Shown: piece by piece, positions 1 through 8,267 of the stretch | Layout of the letters: every line of letters starts with the position of its first letter | Position numbering within the stretch: the first letter of the stretch is position 1 | From: a virus | Lineage: Duplodnaviria; Heunggongvirae; Uroviricota; Caudoviricetes | DNA: 18,011 bases | Virus record (IMG/VR): IMGVR_UViG_2645727539_000006 | Strand: one strand, 5' to 3' | The notes under the pieces: generated by a model | The model's input: the letters and a program-made list of their open reading frames with translations, nothing else | Told to the model about the DNA's origin: nothing | Database searches by the model: none | Position numbers and translations under genes: made by a program

Positions 1-116
1 TTTCTGGCGTCGGTATCCAGACCTGAAAAATGACGCCTTACCCGGCTCATCTGCTCATCGAAACGGACAGCATCCAGACTAAGGTCAATAACAAGATCAC
101 CAACCGGCTGGGACAT
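1..116 (-). CDS. H: tail tape measure protein gpH, N-terminal fragment (gene continues past window start)
   Basis: Minus-strand translation from the ATG at 114-116 reads MSQPVGDLVIDLSLDAVRFDEQMSRVRRHFSG, matching my recollection of the lambda gpH N-terminus; GGGAGG Shine-Dalgarno just upstream; sits immediately after G/T as in lambda. Confidence 0.75.
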   Translation of the reverse strand, partial: MSQPVGDLVIDLSLDAVRFDEQMSRVRRHFSGLDTDAR

Positions 117-561
117 ATCTCACACCTCCCGAAATCCCCGCTGAAGCCATCATTAATGCGGCATCATCCACCATGACATCCGCCACATCCGCAGACGATA
201 AAATATCGCGCCCTCCGTCCCCACCGAACCGGACGCCTCCGGCAAGTCCTGCCGCTTTCTGCATCAGCATTTTGTCCTCATCCGGCCTCTCCACCTGCTC
301 TTCCTCATGCCGGGGGACAAGCAGACTGAAATCAGAGGGATGCATATCCGGATCGCAAAAAAACAGGCTGAGTACAGCGTACGTCAGCCCGGAAAAATGC
401 ATATCCAGCTGGGTATCCTGAAAATAATGCATGCGGTAAAAACGGCGCCAGTCGGCATATTCGGTGGATGTCATCCCGGCAAGCATGGCGCGCCAGTCAG
501 GCCTCCCCATCTCACGCGCCAGTCTGAGGGCAAAATTCAGCTCGCCGTCGAAGACTTTCCC
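97..561 (-). CDS. T: gpT portion of the G-T tail assembly chaperone, reached by -1 programmed frameshift from G
   Basis: The -1 frame relative to G is open from the slippery heptamer (minus-strand GGGAAAG, plus 555-561) to the stop at 97-99. Translation (VFDGELNFALRLAREMGRPDWRAML...YADWRRFYRMHYF...DMHFSGLTYAVLSLFF) resembles lambda gpT. The end overlaps the H start. Confidence 0.7.
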   Translation of the reverse strand, partial: GKVFDGELNFALRLAREMGRPDWRAMLAGMTSTEYADWRRFYRMHYFQDTQLDMHFSGLTYAVLSLFFCDPDMHPSDFSLLVPRHEEEQVERPDEDKMLMQKAAGLAGGVRFGGDGGRDILSSADVADVMVDDAALMMASAGISGGVRYVPAGW

Positions 562-968
562 GCAGAAAAATCATCATCAGTCAGCGCGTTATTTTTCGCC
601 ACTTCAGTAATATCAGTATCCACACGAACAGCCCCGATCATCCCGGACAGACACAACACCACATCTTCCGCCCGGGCAATGGCATCAGCAGGCCAGGTGG
701 TCAGCACTTCCTGCTCAATCTGCATCACAGCCTCATTCATTGACGGTGACCCCGTTTTCTGCGGATGGTTATGCCACAGGGACATCGCCACCAGAAACGC
801 GCCGGTTCTGACGAGATCTTCCACGCTTACCTGCAGGTTGCCGCAGGATTCTGCCTGTTCTGCACGCCGTTTCAGGAGGGCAAGATGCTCAATACGCTGC
901 AGCGCAGACAATTCGGAAAGCGTGACAGACACACCGTTATATTCAAATTGTTCTGTTTTCAGAAACAT
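537..968 (-). CDS. G: tail assembly chaperone gpG
   Basis: The part of ORF 537..1040 from the internal ATG at 966-968 (MFLKTEQFEYNGVSVTLSELSALQRIEHLALLKRRAEQAE...) matches lambda gpG. GGAGG Shine-Dalgarno 7 nt upstream. The 24 codons upstream of that ATG are intergenic/V-tail read-through. Confidence 0.85.
   Translation of the reverse strand: MFLKTEQFEYNGVSVTLSELSALQRIEHLALLKRRAEQAESCGNLQVSVEDLVRTGAFLVAMSLWHNHPQKTGSPSMNEAVMQIEQEVLTTWPADAIARAEDVVLCLSGMIGAVRVDTDITEVAKNNALTDDDFSAGKSSTAS
555..561 (-). promoter_or_regulatory. -1 programmed ribosomal frameshift slippery site G GGA AAG for the G-T fusion
   Basis: Minus-strand tct gcG GGA AAG tct lies six codons before the G stop; this is the same heptamer used in lambda G-T, and the -1 frame is open from it. 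Confidence 0.7.
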
Positions 969-1039
969 GTATGACCTCCGTTTACCCTGCAGCGCCCGCT
1001 TCAGTAACGGTGACTTCAGCCACCGCGGCAAACTGACCA

Positions 1040-1735
1040 TTACCGCAAACCACAGGGATACTGCACCTTACCAGCCGCAACCCCCGTCACAGTAATCACC
1101 ATATCTTTCACACCAATGGTGCCCGTCGACGGATCGGCGGAAACCGCTCTGAACGTCTTGTCGGTTGCACTTTCCGGCTCAAAAGAAACAGTCAGGGTGG
1201 TTGTTTTCCCTTTTGCCACCGTACCGGATGTCGGCGTCACCTTAATCGCACTGACCGGCGTAATTTCGCTGCGTTCTTCCGCCACAGAAGGTTTACCCAC
1301 GTTAGTCACTTTCACCGTACGGGTGATCACTTCCTTCGCCGTCACGGCCTTACCGATACTGCTGACCCAGCCACGAAACACATCCACCGTGCCATTCGGA
1401 AAACGGATTTTATAGGCCCGCACATCCCCGCTTTCAAACCAGCCTATAAGCCCTTTCTGACCTTCCTCTCCCGGTTTCCAGGCCAGCGTAAAACTGGTAT
1501 CACCTGCAGACTTCTGCCCCTGCCCGGTCGCGCTCCAGTCCGCGTCTTCATCATCCAGGTAGTTATCATCGTAGGATTCTGCCGTCATCTCGCCCGGCGT
1601 CAGATCCTTCACCTTAGCCAGTCGCTGCCAGTCATCATCTGACAACGGGTTTGCATAAGCATCACCCTTGCCGGTGTAAACCCACAGAGTGGTACCGGCA
1701 CCTTTTACCGGCACAAGGGGATTTGGTGTTGCCAT
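1040..1735 (-). CDS. V: major tail tube protein gpV, apparently truncated by a frameshift near its 3' end
   Basis: 231 aa, [20 protein letters not shown]...[39 protein letters not shown], strong match to lambda gpV. The gpV-like C-terminus ([25 protein letters not shown], stop at 983-985) continues in another frame; see findings. Confidence 0.9.
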   Translation of the reverse strand: MATPNPLVPVKGAGTTLWVYTGKGDAYANPLSDDDWQRLAKVKDLTPGEMTAESYDDNYLDDEDADWSATGQGQKSAGDTSFTLAWKPGEEGQKGLIGWFESGDVRAYKIRFPNGTVDVFRGWVSSIGKAVTAKEVITRTVKVTNVGKPSVAEERSEITPVSAIKVTPTSGTVAKGKTTTLTVSFEPESATDKTFRAVSADPSTGTIGVKDMVITVTGVAAGKVQYPCGLR

Positions 1736-1742
1736 ATCGTCC

Positions 1743-2138
1743 TCACATCTCGTATGTAATGGAATAAGTCAAATCTGCAGAGCTCCATAACGCCATATCG
1801 TCATCACGACGATACTCATAGCCCTGCGGAACCATCGTGGTAATCAGCCCTGCCAGTGCAGGGATCGCAGACATCGCCGGATAAATCCGGCACTCCATCC
1901 ACGAATCCAGCTCCGAATCAGGCACCTGAGCAGGCAAAAAAACCTCAATATGCAGTGTGGCCCGCCAGGTATCCGCATCCAGCTCTTCACCGGTATACTC
2001 TGCATCCGTCAGATAAACCGCGACCGCAGGAAAATCCTCTTCGTCAAAAACAACGGGGCGACCATCAAACAGCGTCGCCCCGTGTTCATGCAGCTCCAGT
2101 GCATCCAGCACTGCAGCACGAATATCAGTATGTTTCAT
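1743..2138 (-). CDS. U: tail terminator protein gpU
   Basis: 131 aa, [54 protein letters not shown]..., same length as and near-collinear with lambda gpU. Confidence 0.9.
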   Translation of the reverse strand: MKHTDIRAAVLDALELHEHGATLFDGRPVVFDEEDFPAVAVYLTDAEYTGEELDADTWRATLHIEVFLPAQVPDSELDSWMECRIYPAMSAIPALAGLITTMVPQGYEYRRDDDMALWSSADLTYSITYEM

Positions 2139-2710
2139 CGTTTTATCGCAATCCTCAGTTGTTGTTTCAGCGCATATGCCAGTTCTCCAGGCAGGCGTTC
2201 ACGCCGGATACGGTCAACATTCTCATCAAACGCCTGTTTCAGTGGGGCCGCCATCGGGATTTTCACCACATCAATGGGAAGGCGATAACGCTTTTTCCTT
2301 CCCTTGTCGTCATTGCCCTCCTCATATCTGGCCTGGGGAACACGCTGCATAACATGCCAGCGACCATTATTTAATCGCTGAATAAATGCCCGCTGATAAC
2401 GATGCTGACCGGCTTTGAGTATGCTGTCCGGACGACGCCCCGGCATCCTGATCCCCAGCTTAATCACAGGGAGATCACCGCGGTTAACGATAATTCTGGC
2501 ATTCGGATTTCTGACCGTCGCCCGTTTCAGTCTGGACCGTTCCTTTACCAGTTTCCGGCTCACCCTGGTCTCCCGGGCAACCTGTGACGAAGACTGATTA
2601 ATCGCCGTTGTGGCCACGCGGTTAATGGCCATTGCAGAAGCAGCCGGAATGGCGTTTTTACGAACCCGGCTCAGATTGTCAATCGCCTGATCAAGCCCTT
2701 TTATCGCCAT
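2135..2710 (-). CDS. Z: tail completion protein gpZ
   Basis: 191 aa basic protein at the lambda Z position with lambda-like length (192 aa); ATGA start/stop overlap with U. Confidence 0.85.
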   Translation of the reverse strand: MAIKGLDQAIDNLSRVRKNAIPAASAMAINRVATTAINQSSSQVARETRVSRKLVKERSRLKRATVRNPNARIIVNRGDLPVIKLGIRMPGRRPDSILKAGQHRYQRAFIQRLNNGRWHVMQRVPQARYEEGNDDKGRKKRYRLPIDVVKIPMAAPLKQAFDENVDRIRRERLPGELAYALKQQLRIAIKR

Positions 2711-2724
2711 AATTCACCCTGCGT

Positions 2725-3078
2725 TTATCGTCGCCGGTTAACTGCCGGTGGTTGCCCACGGTTGAGCCAGAGATAACAACTGCCCCCGTCATCCGGAGAA
2801 ACACGATCCACCCAGAATGTCTCACCATTAATGGTCAGCGTGTCACCACGCCGCACAGCACGAACCGTATCCGTCCGCACAAATAATGACGGGCAGCTTC
2901 CTTCAATACGGACCCCGCCACCGGCAAACCCCAGCGACTCCGGATCGTCAAAAACCCCCTGAACTTCGCTGCCACACTGTGCCCCCGAGGTGAACTGCGC
3001 ACAGAGCCCCATCACTTCAACAATCGTACTGTCCACCCCGGCAAGGGCAGCATCAAAGGCATTCTGAAAATCACGCAT
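2725..3078 (-). CDS. FII: head-tail joining protein gpFII
   Basis: 117 aa; the C-terminus FWVDRVSPDDGGSCYLWLNRGQPPAVNRRR matches lambda gpFII as I recall it; same length as lambda FII. Confidence 0.9.
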   Translation of the reverse strand: MRDFQNAFDAALAGVDSTIVEVMGLCAQFTSGAQCGSEVQGVFDDPESLGFAGGGVRIEGSCPSLFVRTDTVRAVRRGDTLTINGETFWVDRVSPDDGGSCYLWLNRGQPPAVNRRR

Positions 3079-3456
3079 ACTCAGCCGTTCCGTGCTGTAT
3101 CATGGCCGTCGCCAGTGATGATGGCACCAGAACACGCATACCCCGGAACGCCAGCTCAACGGGACGACCTGTCTCCGGGCAATACCCCATCACATGCAGG
3201 CACTGCCGCACACGGACCGCTTTAACATCATCCGGAGCATCAGTGTTGTGCAACTGCTCACCATCGTCTGTGTGATTTTGATCAGCCCCGCTCTCATCAC
3301 CAGTGCATAATGCCCTCCCGGGAAACAGCAAGCTCCTCTTCCCACTCAGACACACGTTGCGCAATATCCGCAGCACTCCCCGACATATCCGCCTCGCGCC
3401 CCAGCAGGCCAGCCAGTTGACGAAGACGATTCAGATTTTCTTCTTTTGTTGCCATA
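3071..3456 (-). pseudogene. FI: DNA packaging protein FI, split across two reading frames (frameshift or sequencing indel)
   Basis: An FI-like N-terminus (MATKEENLNRLRQLAGLLG...RVSEWEEEL) runs from the ATG at 3454-3456 to a TGA TGA stop at 3297. An FI-like C-terminus (DESGADQ...RPVELAFRGMRVLVPSSLATAMIQHGTAEYA) is open in a different frame down to 3071. Together about 130 aa, close to lambda FI (132 aa). Confidence 0.6.
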
Positions 3457-3506
3457 TCAGCCCCCTGTGAAAAAAGACACGGGGGCATTTCGCCCCCGCT
3501 CACGGA

Positions 3507-4535
3507 TTATTTCACCTGCACCACCACAAACTCATCCGGATCCGGCAGCACCATCAGCGGTGCGGACTGCGTCATGGTAAATTCACGGGCCGGATCGCCC
3601 ACAGTCAGCCAGTGTTTCGGATAACGGGAAGAAGCCACCACACCTTCGGACAACGCCTGCGCATCCTGAATGGCACCATAACAACGAATCCCATCTGCAG
3701 CCGTATTCCCCAGGACCAGCGTGCCCACCGGCAGATAACGTTTTTCGGTACCGTCCTCTGCCACATAAGACGTTTTCGCCACCACAATGGCCAGATCACC
3801 GTAATACCCTTTGAAAGACACCACCGCCCCCAGGTCTTTCACTGCCGTTTCGAGTTGTGAATTTGAGCCGCGACGGGTATCCAGTTTTTCGCGGAACAGC
3901 TTAAAACCATTCAGCAGACGCCAGACAGTACCGTCCATAATGGCAATATTCACAAGACCGCTGGCCTGATCGCAGTAAAGGTCAATATCATGCGTCGGAT
4001 CAAACGTATCACGGTCCTGCTCAGACCATTTTTTACCGTCGGCCTGCTCAATGTTATTTCCTTCAGAGCGTCCAAAATCCACCTCGACAGTATCAAACTG
4101 CTCCCCTTCCATGGTGTATTTGCCATACAGCACGGCATTCACCGCCTGCATTTCTTCCACCTGGACAATCGCATGCTCTTCCTGTTTGAGGTTATCGGTA
4201 ATGATACGCAGACGACGGTAGGCCGGGTCGTTCAGCTGAGCCGGATCTTCACCAGGAAGACGCTCAACCGCCTGCTGGTAATTAAATTCGTGTTTCGGCT
4301 TGACGTAGCCCGGACGTAACACGCGGGTTTCACCACCGCGATGACGAAGCACTTTTCCTTCAACAACCGGGGAGACATAGGCCGCCACCGGCGTTTTTCC
4401 GGTAATTTTGTCCAGCATCACCTCTTCGGTATGGAAATTCACCGTACGGCGGAAAAACAGCTCCAGAAACAGCGCACGAAATTTAACTTTTTGTTCGGTA
4501 TAACCGAGTAACTGGCGGGTCGTAAACAATCCCAT
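3507..4535 (-). CDS. E: major capsid protein gpE
   Basis: 342 aa, near-collinear with lambda gpE (341 aa): LFLELFFR, PGYVKPKH, EEMQAVNAVLYGKYTMEGE, KLDTRRGSNSQLETAVKDLG, TVGDPAREFTMTQSAPLMVLPDPDEF. Confidence 0.95.
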   Translation of the reverse strand: MGLFTTRQLLGYTEQKVKFRALFLELFFRRTVNFHTEEVMLDKITGKTPVAAYVSPVVEGKVLRHRGGETRVLRPGYVKPKHEFNYQQAVERLPGEDPAQLNDPAYRRLRIITDNLKQEEHAIVQVEEMQAVNAVLYGKYTMEGEQFDTVEVDFGRSEGNNIEQADGKKWSEQDRDTFDPTHDIDLYCDQASGLVNIAIMDGTVWRLLNGFKLFREKLDTRRGSNSQLETAVKDLGAVVSFKGYYGDLAIVVAKTSYVAEDGTEKRYLPVGTLVLGNTAADGIRCYGAIQDAQALSEGVVASSRYPKHWLTVGDPAREFTMTQSAPLMVLPDPDEFVVVQVK

Positions 4536-4592
4536 AAATCAGTTCCTTTCATTAAGAAATCAGTCAGGCCACCGCGGTGGCCTGATAACGTG

Positions 4593-4940
4593 TTACGGCA
4601 GCGCCGCGTGACTCAGGGCACTGCCAGCAAAGGCATTGGCCTTTTTGTGTTCATCCACACTGTCAGGCCAGCGGATTGCCTCCGTCGCAAAGGTCCCCGA
4701 CTTGTAATACGTCAGCACCGTCTCTGTGCCTTCAAGCGGCAGTACCAGTATGCCAACCGCACTACCGGCTTTCTGTCCGTCCCAGACCACCAGTTTCCCG
4801 GTAGCTTCATCCAGCATCAGGGGCGTCAGTGCCGGTGTTGCCGAGGAAATCCCGCTGCTGCCTGTGGCGGTATGAGCCGGATCATTACCGGCAAAAATAC
4901 GTACTTCCGCACGCTGTTCAGTGATGGTTTTCGTCACCAT
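4593..4940 (-). CDS. D: head decoration protein gpD
   Basis: 115 aa; NDPAHTATG, TPLMLDEATGKLVVWDG, VGILV, YYKSGTF and AFAGSA segments match lambda gpD. Confidence 0.9.
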   Translation of the reverse strand: MVTKTITEQRAEVRIFAGNDPAHTATGSSGISSATPALTPLMLDEATGKLVVWDGQKAGSAVGILVLPLEGTETVLTYYKSGTFATEAIRWPDSVDEHKKANAFAGSALSHAALP

Positions 4941-4976
4941 ATTGTAAAAACCTCCTATTGATGGTCAGCACTGACT

Positions 4977-5579
4977 TCATGGCATAGCCATGAGCATTTT
5001 CACGTCCGCATCACCGTCTGCTGACGTCTGTGCCACGCCACCCTGTACCGCTGCCGGTGAATGGTTCGCCATGAAACGTTCAAACAGGGCGGTTGTGGAT
5101 GCAGAGACCGGTTCTGCCTTACCTGATCCCGCAGCCAGCACAGCCCGGGCGCTCTCCACGGTCATTCCCGGGCAGGCAGCCAGCTGTTCAGCCTGCGCCT
5201 CAGCCCCTTTTGCCTCATCCAGTGCCATGATCTGATCACGGAGTGATGGTCCGGCATCCGCCTGCGGTGAAGCAGCCAGGATCGGGCGGGCTTTTTCCAC
5301 CGTCATCTCCGGCATCGCCGCCAGCGTTGCCGCCAGTTGTTCACGACCGTTCGCTTCTTCACACGCCATAATGCGATCGGCTTCACTCTGCGTGGATGCC
5401 ACCGGCTGCTGCGGTGCCGCCGCGGCCAGAATCGCCCGGGCCTGTTCAACGCTCATGCCCTGTTGTCCTGCCAGCATCGTGGCAAGCTGTTCACGTCCTT
5501 TCGCTTCCTGGCATGTCAGGATCCCCATAACTCGCTGGTTCTCCTGTGCGGCGGCTTCCGTTGCAGTTAATTGCGGCAT
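4977..5579 (-). CDS. Nu3: capsid scaffolding protein Nu3, nested in-frame inside C
   Basis: Internal in-frame ATG at 5577-5579 (residue 302 of C, MPQLTATEAAAQENQRVMGIL...) preceded by a strong AGGAGG Shine-Dalgarno 5 nt upstream; lambda Nu3 is likewise translated from an internal start in C. Confidence 0.6.
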   Translation of the reverse strand: MPQLTATEAAAQENQRVMGILTCQEAKGREQLATMLAGQQGMSVEQARAILAAAAPQQPVASTQSEADRIMACEEANGREQLAATLAAMPEMTVEKARPILAASPQADAGPSLRDQIMALDEAKGAEAQAEQLAACPGMTVESARAVLAAGSGKAEPVSASTTALFERFMANHSPAAVQGGVAQTSADGDADVKMLMAMP

Positions 5580-6482
5580 AGTGCCTCCTCTGACATTACT
5601 GTTCAGCGCCGTGGCCATCACACTGATGGCATCCGACGCATTGACTAATTCATCCGCCAGCCCGGCATCAATGCCGGACTGACCTTCAAAAACGGCAGCC
5701 TCTGTTCCCGTGACGGCATCAACAGACAGACCGGTAAACATCGCCACTTTTTCGGCAAACATCCGGCGCGCCGCATCAATCCGCTGCTGCATGTCCTGGC
5801 GAACCTCTGCCGGCAACGCTTCAAACTGATTGCCATCCACCTTGTGCGCCCCTGAGTAAATCAGCGTGATATCCACACCGGCCTGCGCCAGATGACCGGC
5901 ATAGCTGACATGGCTCATCATCACGCCAATGGAGCCGATACGGGATGTCTGGGTAACCAGCCGTCGGGAGCAGGCCGACGCCAGCAGCATGGCTGCAGAA
6001 CAGGCCGTGTCATTGCACAGTGCCCAGACCGGCTTCTGCTGACGGAGGCGGTAAATCATGTCAGCGCAGTCAAACGCGCCGGCGGCCTGCCCGCCCGGAC
6101 TGTCAATGTCCAGCAGTACGCCCCGCACCTGGCTATCCGCCATTGCCTGCTGAAGACAGGCGACAATGCCGTCATAGCCTGTCATTCCGGAAAATGGCCG
6201 CATACCCCCCAGCCGGTGCACCAGCGTGCCGGTCACTGGCAGTACAGCAATACCGTTCACCACCCGGTAAACACGGGCCGGTCGTTTACCTCCGGCCATG
6301 TACTCGTCCGTTTCAGCCAGCATTCCGGGAGCATCAAACTGTACCTGCTGTTGTGGTACCGAAAGACTTGCTGCCCCCATCTCGCGCCCGAGCGCGCAAA
6401 AGAAAACCCGCGCATAGGCGGGCTCCAGAAGCAGCGGTTCATTGAATGCTGCGGCAATAATGTGTGAAAGATTACGTCTCAC
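4977..6482 (-). CDS. C: head maturation protease / scaffold protein gpC (S49 SppA-like) with expanded C-terminal scaffold repeats
   Basis: 501 aa; N-terminal two thirds are collinear with lambda gpC (AFNEPLLLEPAYARVFFCAL, SGMTGYDGIV, KPVWALCNDTACSAA, SRRLVTQTSRIGSIGVMM, ITLIYSGAHKVDGN, IDAGLADELVN). About 60 aa longer than lambda C because the Nu3-like C-terminal unit is present three times. Confidence 0.9.
   Translation of the reverse strand: MRRNLSHIIAAAFNEPLLLEPAYARVFFCALGREMGAASLSVPQQQVQFDAPGMLAETDEYMAGGKRPARVYRVVNGIAVLPVTGTLVHRLGGMRPFSGMTGYDGIVACLQQAMADSQVRGVLLDIDSPGGQAAGAFDCADMIYRLRQQKPVWALCNDTACSAAMLLASACSRRLVTQTSRIGSIGVMMSHVSYAGHLAQAGVDITLIYSGAHKVDGNQFEALPAEVRQDMQQRIDAARRMFAEKVAMFTGLSVDAVTGTEAAVFEGQSGIDAGLADELVNASDAISVMATALNSNVRGGTMPQLTATEAAAQENQRVMGILTCQEAKGREQLATMLAGQQGMSVEQARAILAAAAPQQPVASTQSEADRIMACEEANGREQLAATLAAMPEMTVEKARPILAASPQADAGPSLRDQIMALDEAKGAEAQAEQLAACPGMTVESARAVLAAGSGKAEPVSASTTALFERFMANHSPAAVQGGVAQTSADGDADVKMLMAMP
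5105..5570 (-). repeat. three tandem, diverged ~150-bp coding repeats inside C/Nu3
   Basis: Repeat anchors CAGCTGTTCA (5181-5190), CAGTTGTTCA (5334-5343) and AAGCTGTTCA (5484-5493) recur at ~150-bp spacing. They encode three ~50-aa units (RVMGILTCQEAKGREQLATMLAGQQGMSVEQARAILAAA; RIMACEEANGREQLAATLAAMPEMTVEKARPILAAS; QIMALDEAKGAEAQAEQLAACPGMTVESARAVLAAG). Boundaries approximate. Confidence 0.7.
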
Positions 6483-8064
6483 GTGGTGTTGTCTCCTCTT
6501 CCGGCCTACGACTCTCCGCTATCTGCTGCTGATACGCCTGCGCTATCCACACCGGACGTGAGAGTCCGGCTTTTTGCCGCTCAGCAGATTCCCTGACCTG
6601 CTGGCGGAAAATGTCCTGATAATCCTCGCCCATCAGCGCCAGCTCTTTCTCATACGTGCTCAGTCCGGCCTCAATGCGCATCACTGATTCCTGGACTTCC
6701 TTGAGCCCGTCAATGGCCATTCTTCCGGCACCAATCCACTCTGCCCGTGACCAGGCTGATCGCGCCTGATAAAAATCAAAACGTGCCCGTGGCGGACGAA
6801 TAATCCCCCGAAGAAGTGCCTCTTCCAGCCAGCAGGAAAACATCTGCGTGGCCAGCCGGGCCGCAATAAATTTTCGCCGCCCCATAAAATAGCGCCACGA
6901 CTCATTGGCGGAGGCGCGGGCACTTGAATAACTGACCTTCGAGTAATCACGGGACAACTGTTCGTAGGAAACGCCAAGACCGGCGGCGATATACCGCAGC
7001 AGCGCCTGTTCAAGCGCCGAAAATCCATTGTCTGAATCCTGCGCAGTCTGCAGTTTCAGATCATCCCCGGGGAAAAGGTGCGGAATTCTGACACCGCCCA
7101 GCGTCACGTTATTCGTGTCATACCAGCTGGAGAACTTCTCCAGAATATTAATAAGCGGATTATCCTTCTGCCCCTGCGGCGCACCGGCGATATATTCAAA
7201 GGCCTTTTCGGTATCAAGTTCACTTTCAATTGTCGCTGCATACATGGCTTTCACAATGGCCGACTGAAGCTGTGTTGCCTGCAGGGAATCGAGCATCTTC
7301 AGCCGTTCCATGACGCTGTAAAACTGATTAGCCCCACGGGTCTGCCCGTCCTCCACCGGCTCGAAAATATGCAGCATGGCCGGACGCCCGGTGGGAAGTT
7401 CACGCGGGATCCGTTCCCATCGACCACTACCAGAGAACGGAAAATCATCCTCACAGATATGGTACGCAACGGCACGGCCATATCGATCGACCTCCACACC
7501 GGCCCGTAGAAAGCGGTTCCCCATACCGTGTCCAGGCGTGTCCACCCGTTTCGGACTCACGGCTTTAAAACGCGTACGGAATAACTGCGTGGTTTCCGTA
7601 TCCCAGACCGGCTGCACAAAGATTTCGCCGTTAAAGACATGAACGCCCACACCTTCACGGATAAATTCCGTAAACGTGCGTTTCCCTTCCACGTCGATCT
7701 CGCCAGACATCCCTTCTGCGTATTCCGACCAGGCCGCCTCCACCTCATCGACAAAACTTTTTGCCGCGGTCTCCCGCATCCCCAGCCAGCGCCAGTTCGG
7801 ACGGTAGCTGATCAGAAACATATGCCCGACAATGTGATCCTTATGCAGAGCCACCGCATTGGCCGCTATTCCGTTATTGCGCACCAGATCATCTGCCCGG
7901 GCATTCCCCAGACGCAACGCGGGCAGCAGGGCCGCATCGGCACTCTGCGCCGGTGGCAACCACTCAGCCATTTGCCCGCCAAATCCTGCACCGCCCCCGT
8001 TGTAGCTGAGACTCTCACGAAGCGGAACGCCGTTCACATCAATCAGGACAGGCGTTCGTTTCAT
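6472..8064 (-). CDS. B: portal protein gpB
   Basis: 530 aa (lambda 533); GNARADDLVRNNGIA, FEPVEDGQTRGANQFYSVME, QSAIVKAMYAATIESELDT, LLRYIAAGLGVSYEQLSR, SANESW, GSGRMAIDGLKEVQE match lambda gpB. ATGA overlap with the W stop. Confidence 0.95.
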   Translation of the reverse strand: MKRTPVLIDVNGVPLRESLSYNGGGAGFGGQMAEWLPPAQSADAALLPALRLGNARADDLVRNNGIAANAVALHKDHIVGHMFLISYRPNWRWLGMRETAAKSFVDEVEAAWSEYAEGMSGEIDVEGKRTFTEFIREGVGVHVFNGEIFVQPVWDTETTQLFRTRFKAVSPKRVDTPGHGMGNRFLRAGVEVDRYGRAVAYHICEDDFPFSGSGRWERIPRELPTGRPAMLHIFEPVEDGQTRGANQFYSVMERLKMLDSLQATQLQSAIVKAMYAATIESELDTEKAFEYIAGAPQGQKDNPLINILEKFSSWYDTNNVTLGGVRIPHLFPGDDLKLQTAQDSDNGFSALEQALLRYIAAGLGVSYEQLSRDYSKVSYSSARASANESWRYFMGRRKFIAARLATQMFSCWLEEALLRGIIRPPRARFDFYQARSAWSRAEWIGAGRMAIDGLKEVQESVMRIEAGLSTYEKELALMGEDYQDIFRQQVRESAERQKAGLSRPVWIAQAYQQQIAESRRPEEETTPRET

Positions 8065-8267
8065 AACCTCACTCCCAGCGGACGACGGCGACGCCGGGTT
8101 GTCCCCAGTACCGACTCCGCATCATTGATCGCCCGGTTAAGCTCATCCAGAGAAGCCGCCGTATATTCAATTCTGCGACCATCTTTCTGGACAGACACCA
8201 CCCGTTTACCGGTTAATAAATCAAGGCGCGCCTGACGCAGCGCCTGCAGTTCAGCGACTGTAACCAT
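8061..8267 (-). CDS. W: head-tail joining protein gpW
   Basis: 68 aa (lambda W is 68 aa); LTGKRVVSVQKDGRRIEYTA matches lambda [20 protein letters not shown]. Confidence 0.85.
   Translation of the reverse strand: MVTVAELQALRQARLDLLTGKRVVSVQKDGRRIEYTAASLDELNRAINDAESVLGTTRRRRRPLGVRL

Noticed and set aside
307-1095. 262-aa plus-strand ORF overlapping G, T and the end of V
   Set aside because: Antisense shadow ORF of strongly supported minus-strand tail genes; Ser/Arg/Ala-rich composition typical of the reverse frame of GC-rich coding DNA; no homology recognised.
5892-6467. Plus-strand ORFs (191 and 141 aa) inside C
   Set aside because: Shadow ORFs antisense to the well-supported C/Nu3 coding sequence; Arg/Pro/Gly-rich composition typical of GC-rich antisense frames.
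7639-8235. 198-aa plus-strand ORF across B and W
   Set aside because: Antisense to the portal and W genes, which have strong lambda homology; no start context; Arg-rich junk-like composition.
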